Shown piece after piece: positions 1-10,911 of a stretch of 35,767 bases of DNA (the stretch's first letter is position 1; each line of letters opens with the position of its first letter). The stretch is from the NCBI GenBank assembly GCA_036275935.1, contig DASUCS010000112.1, positions 1 through 35,767 on the forward strand. The letters are read 5' to 3'. The notes under the pieces were generated by a model. The model had not been told where the DNA came from, did no database searches, and saw only the letters and a program-made list of their open reading frames with translations. Made by a program: the position numbers and the translations under genes. This DNA comes from Acidimicrobiales bacterium. Lineage in GTDB: Bacteria; Actinomycetota; Acidimicrobiia; Acidimicrobiales; JACDCH01.

Positions 1-2591
<2,591 letters not shown>

Positions 2592-3704
2592 GTGAGGGAT
2601 TTCGGTGACGACCTTGGCGCGCTCCGGCAGCGGCTGAGCGAAGCGGAGCAGTACCTCCGCATCGACGAGCTGCGACAGCGACGTCCGCAACTCGAGACGG
2701 AGATGTCGCGCCCGGATTTCTGGGACGACCCCGATGTCGCGAAGAAGGTCAGCGCCGATTTCGCGGCCGCCAACGACGATCTGCAGCTGTTCGAAGGTCT
2801 GCTGCAGAAGGTCGACGACGCGGAGACGCTCGCGGAGCTGGCTCGTGAGGAGGGCGACGAGTCGCAGGTGCCCGAGATCGAGCGCGAGCTGGGCTCGGTC
2901 GCGGCGAAGCTCGACGAGCTCGAGTTGCGGTCACTGTTCTCCGGCGAGCACGACGAGGTCGACGCGCTGTGCACGCTTTCGTCCGGTGAGGGCGGCGCCG
3001 ACGCGCAGGACTGGACCGAGATGCTGTACCGCATGTACACCCGCTGGGCGCAGAGCCACGGGTTCGAGGTCGAGGAAGAAGACTCGACGCCGGGCAGCGA
3101 AGCGGGCCTGTCATCGGTGGAGTTCGTGGTCAAGGGTCGCTACGCGTACGGCTGGCTGAAGGCCGAGCGCGGCGTGCACCGGCTCGTGCGGATGAGCCCG
3201 TTCAACGCGCAGGGCAAGCGGCAGACAGCGTTCGCCGCGCTCGCGGTCGCACCGTTGCTCCATGAGGGTGACGTGGACATCGAGATCCCCGAAGACGAGA
3301 TCAAGATGGACGTCTTCCGGTCGTCCGGCGCCGGTGGCCAGCACGTCAACAAGACGTCCTCCGCGGTGCGGCTCACCCACCTGCCCACGGGTGAGGTCGT
3401 GTCCTGCCAGGTCGAGCGCAGTCAGCTCCAGAACCGGGCCAAGGCCATGACGATGTTGAAGGCCAAGCTCGCCAACCGGGAGCTCGAGCGCCGGGAAGCG
3501 GAGCTCGCGGCCATCCAGGGTGAGCAGCAGCGCGTCGGGTTCGGGAGCCAGATCCGCAGCTACGTCCTGCAGCCGTACCAGCTGGTGAAGGACCTGCGCA
3601 CCGAGCACGAGACGGGCAACGTCGAGGGCGTGCTCAACGGCGATCTCGATCCGTTCATCGAGGCCTACCTGCGATGGCAGCGCGCCGCCTCCGCCTCGGC
3701 GTAG
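2592..3704 (+). CDS. prfB: Peptide chain release factor 2
   Basis: 370-aa ORF with the RF2-specific SPF tripeptide (RMSPFNAQGKRQT) and the GGQ motif (SGAGGQHVNKTSSAVRLTH). The GTG start directly abuts the secA TGA (cgt tga gtg). The frame is single and uninterrupted. Confidence 0.93.
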   Translation: MRDFGDDLGALRQRLSEAEQYLRIDELRQRRPQLETEMSRPDFWDDPDVAKKVSADFAAANDDLQLFEGLLQKVDDAETLAELAREEGDESQVPEIERELGSVAAKLDELELRSLFSGEHDEVDALCTLSSGEGGADAQDWTEMLYRMYTRWAQSHGFEVEEEDSTPGSEAGLSSVEFVVKGRYAYGWLKAERGVHRLVRMSPFNAQGKRQTAFAALAVAPLLHEGDVDIEIPEDEIKMDVFRSSGAGGQHVNKTSSAVRLTHLPTGEVVSCQVERSQLQNRAKAMTMLKAKLANRELERREAELAAIQGEQQRVGFGSQIRSYVLQPYQLVKDLRTEHETGNVEGVLNGDLDPFIEAYLRWQRAASASA

Positions 3705-3712
3705 TTGCGGAC

Positions 3713-3771
3713 CCCCACCTGTCCTTACGAGGTGGGGAACTGCGTTCGACGCGAGCGCAGTGTTCGCGTCG
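3713..3771 (+). terminator. Two tandem GC-rich hairpins immediately after prfB (possible U-tract-less terminator)
   Basis: CCCCACCT-n9-AGGTGGGG (3713-3737) and CGACGCGA-n9-TCGCGTCG (3747-3771). Neither is followed by a T-tract. Confidence 0.35.
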
Positions 3772-4211
3772 GCCGGCTTCGGTCTGCGCGTGCAGGATGT
3801 GATGTCCGAGCGCGGTGAAGGTGCGCAGCCGTTCGACGTGCGTGCGCGCACGCTGGTCGAGGACGCGCCCAGTGGCCATGTGGTGCTCACGCACTTCCCC
3901 GTGCTGTCACTCGAGCAGCGCGCTCGTCACGCGCACTTGCTCTACGCCGGTCACTTGTCGCAACTGTCGCCCGCTCCGCCGTCGTTGCCGGGGACGTGCT
4001 GCAACTCGTGTTCGCCGCATTGGTCGAGCCGCCGTACGAGTTTGCGCGCGTCGAGGTCGAATCGGACAATGGGTGCATGTCGGTCGGCCACTCCTGCTGG
4101 TCGGCCCGCGTTCCGGATGCTCCGAAGCTGCCGGTCCTCGATCCTGACCAGGGACGATGGACGTGGTCGGCGGGCGAGGGGTGGTCACAACCTTCAGAAG
4201 GCCACTGGTAG
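3760..4211 (+). pseudogene. Possible frameshifted gene relic in the prfB-ftsE gap
   Basis: Third-position G/C is high, roughly 80% by hand count, in the frame of ORF 3760.. up to about 3960-3990. The high third-position G/C then switches to the frame of ORF 3996..4211. The matching minus-strand frame contains stops. I recognised no family in either piece. Confidence 0.2.
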
Positions 4212-4283
4212 CCTGACCGCCCGAAGCGTGCGGATGCGGAGCGTCCCGCTTCGCGTCTCGCCACGCCTTGCCTCTGCCTTGCC

Positions 4284-4961
4284 ATGATCAAACTCGAAAA
4301 CGTGACGAAGGTGTACAAGGGCGACGTCGTCGCGCTTCGTGATGCCAGCGCCGACATCCAGAAGGGCGAGTTCGTCTTCCTCGTCGGCCCGTCCGGCTCC
4401 GGGAAGTCGACGATGCTGCGCCTCCTGAACAAAGAGGAGACCCCTGAGAAGGGCCGCATCTACGTCGCCGGCAAGGACATCGGCCAGCTCAGTCACTGGA
4501 AGGTGCCGTACCTGCGCCGCAACATCGGCTCGGTCTTCCAGGACTTCAAGCTGCTCCCCAACAAGAACGTCTACGAGAACGTGGCGTTCGCGCTCGAGGT
4601 GATCGGGCGGCCGAAGCACGTCATCAAGACGCAGGTTCCCGCCATCCTCGAGCTCGTCGGGCTGGCCAAGAAGATGGACAACCTCCCGCACGAGTTGTCC
4701 GGCGGCGAGCAGCAGCGCGTGTCGATCGCTCGCGCGTTCGTGAACCGGCCACTGATCTTGCTGGCCGACGAGCCGACTGGAAACCTGGACCCCACGACGT
4801 CAGTCGGGATCATGCGACTGCTCGACCGCATCAACCGCACAGGAACCACCGTGGTGATGGCCACTCACGACCGCAGCATCGTCGACACCATGCGCCGCAG
4901 AGTCATCGAGCTCGACCGTGGCGTGATCGTTCGCGACCAGTCGCGCGGCGTGTACGAGTAG
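4284..4961 (+). CDS. ftsE: Cell-division ABC ATPase FtsE
   Basis: [14 protein letters not shown]-terminus, Walker [10 protein letters not shown], signature LSGGEQQRV, Walker [12 protein letters not shown]. ftsX follows 9 nt downstream. There is no obvious Shine-Dalgarno sequence upstream; the tract is pyrimidine-rich (cctctgccttgcc). Confidence 0.93.
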   Translation: MIKLENVTKVYKGDVVALRDASADIQKGEFVFLVGPSGSGKSTMLRLLNKEETPEKGRIYVAGKDIGQLSHWKVPYLRRNIGSVFQDFKLLPNKNVYENVAFALEVIGRPKHVIKTQVPAILELVGLAKKMDNLPHELSGGEQQRVSIARAFVNRPLILLADEPTGNLDPTTSVGIMRLLDRINRTGTTVVMATHDRSIVDTMRRRVIELDRGVIVRDQSRGVYE

Positions 4962-4970
4962 GGACGAGAC

Positions 4971-5864
4971 ATGGCACTCAAAGTCGATTACGTCGTTCGG
5001 GAGACCGGCACCAACCTCCGCCGGAACCTGACGTTGTCGTTCGCGACGATGGTCACGATCGCCATCGCGCTGACCCTCGTTGGTGCGTCGTTGCTGATGA
5101 AGCAGGGCGTCACGAAGTCGAACGTGAAGTTCCACGGCAACATCCAGACGATCGTCTACATGAAGGCTGACGCGTCCGACGACCAGGTGAAGCTCGTCGG
5201 TGATCAGCTGAAGCAGAACCCGCACGTCGCGTCGATCCAGTACCTCAACCATCACGACGCGCACGTGGAGTTCGAGCAGATCTTCTACGACCAGCCCGAG
5301 ATCCGGAAGAGCCTTCCGGAGGCCGCGACACCGACGAGTTACAAGCTCAAGTTCACCGGTGAAGCGAATGCCGAGGTCGTGCAGTCGATCAAGGACCAGT
5401 TCACGAAGCTGCCGGGTGTGCAAGAGGTGATCGCCCCGACCGACCAAGTGCGGCGACAGGAGAGCAGCTTCACCAAGTTCAGCAACTTCGCGTTGATCAT
5501 CGCCGTGATCGTCGGCGTCACGTCGTTGGTCCTGATCGTCAACTCGATCCGCATCGCGATGTTCGCTCGTCGCCGTGAGATCGAAGTCATGAAGCTCGTC
5601 GGCGCGACCAACTGGTTCATCCGCGTACCGTTCATGGCGGAAGGATTGGTGCAGGGCATCATCGGCGGCATCATCGGGATCGCGACGGTTGCTGCGCTCC
5701 GGGCGTGGATGCTCCCGACCCTGGTCGATGGCGGCGGTATCTGGACCGGCTTCCATCTCGACCCGTCGGATGTGCAAGGCACGGCGTACGTCCTCATCAT
5801 CGCCGGCGCGCTCGTCGGCATCTTCGGCTCCGCGGTCGCCGCCACGAGATTCCTCGACGTCTAG
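4971..5864 (+). CDS. ftsX: Cell-division permease-like protein FtsX
   Basis: 297 aa with one N-terminal TM helix, an extracytoplasmic domain and three C-terminal TM helices. It carries the FtsX-type segment RREIEVMKLVGATNWFIRVPF and follows ftsE directly. Confidence 0.92.
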   Translation: MALKVDYVVRETGTNLRRNLTLSFATMVTIAIALTLVGASLLMKQGVTKSNVKFHGNIQTIVYMKADASDDQVKLVGDQLKQNPHVASIQYLNHHDAHVEFEQIFYDQPEIRKSLPEAATPTSYKLKFTGEANAEVVQSIKDQFTKLPGVQEVIAPTDQVRRQESSFTKFSNFALIIAVIVGVTSLVLIVNSIRIAMFARRREIEVMKLVGATNWFIRVPFMAEGLVQGIIGGIIGIATVAALRAWMLPTLVDGGGIWTGFHLDPSDVQGTAYVLIIAGALVGIFGSAVAATRFLDV

Positions 5865-5867
5865 GTG

Positions 5868-5915
5868 TTTTGGCAGCACCGGCAACACGTTTCTGTGTTG
5901 CGGGTGCTGCCAAAA
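5868..5915. terminator. Large near-perfect hairpin (20 of 21 bp paired, 6-nt loop) between ftsX and the crotonase gene
   Basis: TTTTGGCAGCACCGGCAACAC gtttct GTGTTGCGGGTGCTGCCAAAA, with one G-G mismatch. T4 lies at the 5' side and A4 at the 3' side on both strands, so there is no canonical 3' U-tail. Confidence 0.55.
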
Positions 5916-5929
5916 GCCAGGATGAGGTC

Positions 5930-6776
5930 GTGGACTACACAGAGATCGCGTACGAGGTTGCTGACCGAGTCCTGACCATCACGCTCGATCGTCCCGATCG
6001 GCTCAACGCCTTCACGTGGGTGATGCACCGTGAGCTGATCGACGCGTTCGATCGGGCCGACGCCGACGACGACGTTCGAGTCATCGTCGTCACCGGCCGG
6101 GGCCGTGGGTTCTGTGCCGGGGCCGATCTCGGTGGCGGCGGCCAGACGTTCGACCACTCCGAAGTGCTCGAGCAGCAGGGCGAGCATCGCGACGAGGGTG
6201 GGCTGGTGACGCTGCGCATCTTCCAGTGCACCAAGCCGGTCATCGCGGCCGTGAACGGTCCCGCCGTCGGGGTTGGAGCCACGATGACGCTGCCGATGGA
6301 CATCCGGCTCGCGTCCGAGAGCGCTCGGTACGGCTTCGTGTTCGCCCGGCGCGGTCTCGTTCCCGAAGCGGCGTCGTCATGGTTCCTGCCGCGGGTCGTC
6401 GGCATCAGCAAGGCGGCTGAGTGGACCTTCACCGGTCGGGTGTTCGGTGCCGACGAGGCGCACGCGGCCGGGCTGGTGCGCTCGGTGCATCCTGCGGACG
6501 ATCTCTTGCCGACGGCGTACGCGCTGGCGGAGGAGATCGTGGCGAACACGTCTGCAGTGTCGGTGTCGCTCACGCGCCAGATGTTGTGGCGAATGTTGGG
6601 GGAGCCACACCCGATGTCGGCGCATCGAGTCGACTCGCGTGCGATCAACGCGATGGGTGCGTCACCGGACGCACGCGAAGGCGTGATGTCGTTTCTGGAG
6701 AAGCGTCCGCCTCAGTTCACGATGCGTCCGAGCGCGGACATGCCGGCGTTCTATCCCTGGTGGGAGGAGCCGGAAT

Positions 6777-6784
<8 letters not shown>
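5930..6784 (+). CDS. Enoyl-CoA hydratase/isomerase (crotonase) family protein
   Basis: The listed ORF (5705..) overlaps ftsX. I chose the GTG at 5930, preceded by aggatgagg, which gives MDYTEIAYEVADRVLTITLDRPDRLNAF. The crotonase oxyanion-hole segment VVTGRGRGFCAGADLGG is present. Confidence 0.85.
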
Positions 6785-7694
<910 letters not shown>

Positions 7695-8061
7695 CGGCGA
7701 GTTCTCCCCTTGAAATCAGTTGACTGGCGCAACCGGGTTCGCGGAGCATAAGCGCCACCTGTTCGGCCGAGCGAAGGAGGCCAGTGCACATGACTGTGTT
7801 TGCCTGCCCCCGCCGGCCTTCGCGCTCTTGGTGACCTGAGTCAGAAGTCCTGCGGCACCTCGACGGCCAGATGACGCCGATCGACTGCGTCCTCGTCGCT
7901 TGCGCATTGGTATGCGCGGCGCTCCTGCGTCCTTGCGCTCGACGTCCCTGGCTCGCCGAATGTGCTCGCCAACTTCAGACTCACGCCACCTAGCTCCGTA
8001 GAGCACCTCGCGCGCCGCCGGCGGCACCAACCCTCCGTCCGGCTATGCAAAGGAGCCCGCG

Positions 8062-8829
8062 TTGGCGCGCGCCATCCCCGATTGGGTCATCACCGAGGAC
8101 TACGACGACGTCGACCTCGGGGTGATCGCCACTGGCAAGGAAGGTGAGGTCGGCCTCGTCGAGCGCGTCGCGCACGACGGCGCTCGGTCGCATCTCATCG
8201 CTCGCAAGCGGTACCGACCTCGCTCGGTCCGCAAGGGTGAGTTACAGGCGCTCGGCTTCGAACGAGCACCGACGTTCCGCAACGACATCGTGTACCGCGA
8301 CGGCCGCAACTACGGGAAGCGCAGTCGCGACCGGCGCGCGGTCGAGACGATGACCAAGTACGGCAAGGAGCTCGTGAAGCAGAAGTGGCTCGGCCACGAG
8401 TACGAAGTCATGTCTGCCGTGTGGGAAGCGGGGGCCAGCGTGCCGTACCCGATCGGTTCGAGCGACGACGGCGGTTTGTTGCTCGAGTACATCGGCGACG
8501 AGGTGCAAGCCGCGCCGCGACTGGCACAAGCGCGACTGTCCAAACCCGAGCTCGAGGACGCGTGGGAACAGCTGCGCGAGAGCATCCGTCTCGTCACCGA
8601 AGCCGGGTACGTCCACGCAGACCTGTCGGCCTACAACTCGCTGTGGTGGCACGGTCAGCTGTGCCTCATCGACTTCCCGCAGGCCGTCGACCTCGTGCAG
8701 AGCCCGCACGGATTCGACCTGCTGCATCGGGACGCGCTCAACATCAGCACGTGGTTCGCGTCGAAAGGCGTGGATGCCGACGGCGAGGCGCTGTTCGCGG
8801 AGCTGTTGGGTTCAGCGTTCTCCCGGTAG
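8062..8829 (+). CDS. RIO-type atypical serine protein kinase
   Basis: RIO hallmarks appear in order: IATGKEGEV (P-loop-like TGKE), IARKRYR (Lys), LLLEYIGD (hinge), YVHADLSAYN (catalytic loop), LIDFPQAVD (metal-binding loop). TTG start with AAAGGAG 6 nt upstream. Confidence 0.85.
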   Translation: MARAIPDWVITEDYDDVDLGVIATGKEGEVGLVERVAHDGARSHLIARKRYRPRSVRKGELQALGFERAPTFRNDIVYRDGRNYGKRSRDRRAVETMTKYGKELVKQKWLGHEYEVMSAVWEAGASVPYPIGSSDDGGLLLEYIGDEVQAAPRLAQARLSKPELEDAWEQLRESIRLVTEAGYVHADLSAYNSLWWHGQLCLIDFPQAVDLVQSPHGFDLLHRDALNISTWFASKGVDADGEALFAELLGSAFSR

Positions 8830-8831
8830 TT

Positions 8832-8850
8832 GCACGCCACAACGGCGTGT
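8832..8850. terminator. Small hairpin between the convergent RIO kinase and the unknown gene
   Basis: GCACGCC-acaac-GGCGTGT, 6 bp plus a G-U pair, starting 3 nt after the RIO kinase stop. Confidence 0.3.
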
Positions 8851-8872
8851 AACCACCGCACAAACGAACGGA

Positions 8873-9814
8873 TCAGCGCTGGCCGGTGAGGACGGCGGCG
8901 CTCTTGATGTAGCCGCCCGCGTCGCGGATCCGCTCGCTGATCGGGCCGATGATCGAGATCAGCTCGTCGAAGTCGTCACCCAGCGCTTCGATCGTCGGCC
9001 TCATCTGGCGGTCAGTGGCGCGCTCGACTTCCTCACGAGCGGCGCGTCCTGCATCCGTGAACTGGCCGCCCTTGAACAACCCACGCGCCTCGAGTCGCGC
9101 GTCGGCGGCATCGAGCTGTGCGTCACTCCACGCCCGTGACCTGATGTAGCTGCGGGGCGGGACACCGATGAACAGCTCGGTGAGCAATCCGATCTCGGTG
9201 GCGTCGAAGCCGGCCGCGGTCCACGCCGCCGTGTGTGCGTCGCCGCGGAACTCACGCAGCTGATCGCCGCGGCGCCACAAGTCGCCGATGGGCGAGCCCG
9301 GGAGTCCGAGCGACAGCACGCCGGAGAACAGCGGCTTGCCCTCGGGGCGCAGTGGCTCGACGGCCCTGGCCAACAGCACGTTGGCGCGGTCGATGCCGTC
9401 CGGCGTCTCGCCGAGGATGCGTACGAGTTGCCCGATCGCGCCGCGATCACGCGCCGCGCAGATCGTGGGCGCGTCGGTGAGCGACCAACCCATGTGCACG
9501 CAGGGCAGCACGATCTCCGGGTTGAACACTGCGAACGCGGCGGCGATGAGCTCGCCAGGAACCTGTCCCATCACCGAGCCACGGCTCGTGAAGTACGCCG
9601 GCCCGTCCGGCATCGCGACGCCATCGACCTCCGCGGGACTCGGACTGAAGCCCAGCGCCTCGTACTCCTTGTGGCACTCGGGCGAGAAGTACACCTGCCC
9701 AACCAGTGGTTCGAGGGCGTTCGCCAGACGGCGCGCCCGATCGCTCACAACGTCGTCAGTCAGCACGGGCGAGGATGGTAGTCGTGACCGTGTCGCGAGC
9801 CTCCCGAGCAACAT
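8873..9814 (-). CDS. Conserved actinobacterial protein of unknown function, with a possible C-terminal winged-helix-like segment
   Basis: Long ORF with coding-like composition. From memory only, ANALEPLVGQVYFSPECHKEYEALGF ... YFTSRGSVMG resembles the family annotated as SCO6745-like. The start is uncertain: the maximal ORF reaches 9814, and in-frame GTGs at 9766 and 9748 are more plausible because the maximal ORF overlaps the divergent EamA gene. Confidence 0.7.
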   Translation of the reverse strand: MLLGRLATRSRLPSSPVLTDDVVSDRARRLANALEPLVGQVYFSPECHKEYEALGFSPSPAEVDGVAMPDGPAYFTSRGSVMGQVPGELIAAAFAVFNPEIVLPCVHMGWSLTDAPTICAARDRGAIGQLVRILGETPDGIDRANVLLARAVEPLRPEGKPLFSGVLSLGLPGSPIGDLWRRGDQLREFRGDAHTAAWTAAGFDATEIGLLTELFIGVPPRSYIRSRAWSDAQLDAADARLEARGLFKGGQFTDAGRAAREEVERATDRQMRPTIEALGDDFDELISIIGPISERIRDAGGYIKSAAVLTGQR

Positions 9815-10695
9815 CGGGTGCGACCGCCGACGCGCTGCTGCTCACCATTGCCGTGCTGGCGGTGTCGACGTCGGGACCGCTGGTGCGCGAAGCCGACGCC
9901 CCGGGGATGTCGATCGCGTTCTGGCGCACCTTCATGGGCGCGCTCGTCGTCATCGGCATCGCCGCCGTCCGTCATCGTTCGGAGCTTCGGAGCCTGCACC
10001 GCAAGGAGCTCCGCACTGCCGTCGTCGCAGGAGTGTTCCTGGGGTTGCACTTCTCGACATGGATCCCGAGCCTGTCGTTCACCACGGTTGCGTCGTCCGT
10101 TGCGCTCGTGTGCACGCAACCGGTGTGGGCCGCCGTGATCGCACGCGGTCGGGGTGAGCATGTCGCCAGCACTGCGTGGGCCGGCATCGCCGTCGCGCTG
10201 TGTGGGGTGCTCGTGCTGACCGGCGTCGACCTGTCCGTTTCCGGTCGGGCGCTGTTCGGCGACGCGCTCGCGCTGGCCGGCGGTGTGCTTGCCGCCGCCT
10301 ACGTCACCGCGGGTTCCGACGCTCGCCGCTCGATGTCAACGGCGACGTACACCTCGCTCTGTTACTCGGTTGCAGCCTGCGGGCTGCTCACGGCCTGTCT
10401 CCTGGGCCGGCAATCGCTGACGGGTTACGACGCGCGCACCTGGTGGGTGCTCGTCGCCATCACCGTCGGACCGCAGCTCCTGGGGCACACGCTGGTCAAC
10501 CGGGTGCTGCGCACCTTCACCGCCACCGTCGTCTCAGTGGCGATCCTGTTCGAGATCGTCGGCGCCACCCTCATCGCGTGGTGGTGGTTCGACGAAGCGC
10601 CACCGGCCGGTGCGTATCCGGCGGCTGCACTGATCGCGCTGGGCGTCGTGCTCGTGGTGCGGGCGAGCAGTGCACCCGCGCCGGCGGTGGAGTGA
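9775..10695 (+). CDS. EamA/DMT-family membrane transporter
   Basis: About ten hydrophobic helices forming two EamA-like halves (LLLTIAVLAVSTSGPLV..., FLGLHFSTWIPSLSFTTVASSVAL...). The listed ORF starts at 9706 but begins with an Arg/Ser-rich stretch; I chose the ATG at 9775. The start is uncertain. Confidence 0.8.
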   Translation: MVVVTVSRASRATSGATADALLLTIAVLAVSTSGPLVREADAPGMSIAFWRTFMGALVVIGIAAVRHRSELRSLHRKELRTAVVAGVFLGLHFSTWIPSLSFTTVASSVALVCTQPVWAAVIARGRGEHVASTAWAGIAVALCGVLVLTGVDLSVSGRALFGDALALAGGVLAAAYVTAGSDARRSMSTATYTSLCYSVAACGLLTACLLGRQSLTGYDARTWWVLVAITVGPQLLGHTLVNRVLRTFTATVVSVAILFEIVGATLIAWWWFDEAPPAGAYPAAALIALGVVLVVRASSAPAPAVE

Positions 10696-10702
10696 GTCGC
10701 GA

Positions 10703-10885
10703 CTACGCCGCGGGCACCGTGACGTCGGTCCGGATCACTTCGAGGACCTCGACCGGTCCACCGAAGCGCTCGCGCCCGGTCCTCTGAGCCGTCCGTTCCG
10801 CGATCAACGCGTCGTCCGCTCGGACTTCGATTGCCGCAATTCGCCCTGAAGGCAGCAGATCGACCACACACAGATACGTCTTCAT
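10703..10885 (-). CDS. Hypothetical 60-aa protein downstream of the GGDEF-EAL gene
   Basis: The ATG lies 26 nt after the GGDEF-EAL stop. Sequence: MKTYLCVVDLLPSGRIAAIEVRADDALIAERTAQRTGRERFGGPVEVLEVIRTDVTVPAA. Third-position GC is only about 75% by hand count and I recognised no family. Confidence 0.3.
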   Translation of the reverse strand: MKTYLCVVDLLPSGRIAAIEVRADDALIAERTAQRTGRERFGGPVEVLEVIRTDVTVPAA

Positions 10886-10911
10886 CGCCCCCCGGCTCCC
10901 ATGCTGTTGGC

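Noticed and set aside
2592-2700. Search for the RF2 programmed +1 frameshift site.
   Set aside because: The RF2 frame is continuous from the GTG at 2592, and no in-frame UGA is present.
5865-6000. Expected smpB and tmRNA (ssrA) downstream of ftsX.
   Set aside because: The downstream ORF is clearly a crotonase. I saw no tRNA-like acceptor/T-arm and no tag-peptide reading frame. Absence is recorded as an observation only.
7841-8050. 69-aa minus ORF and a 40-codon plus ORF (ATG 7871; Cys-rich, hydrophobic) in the esterase/RIO intergenic region.
   Set aside because: They lie antisense to each other. Neither has an SD, codon bias is intermediate to low, and I recognised no family.
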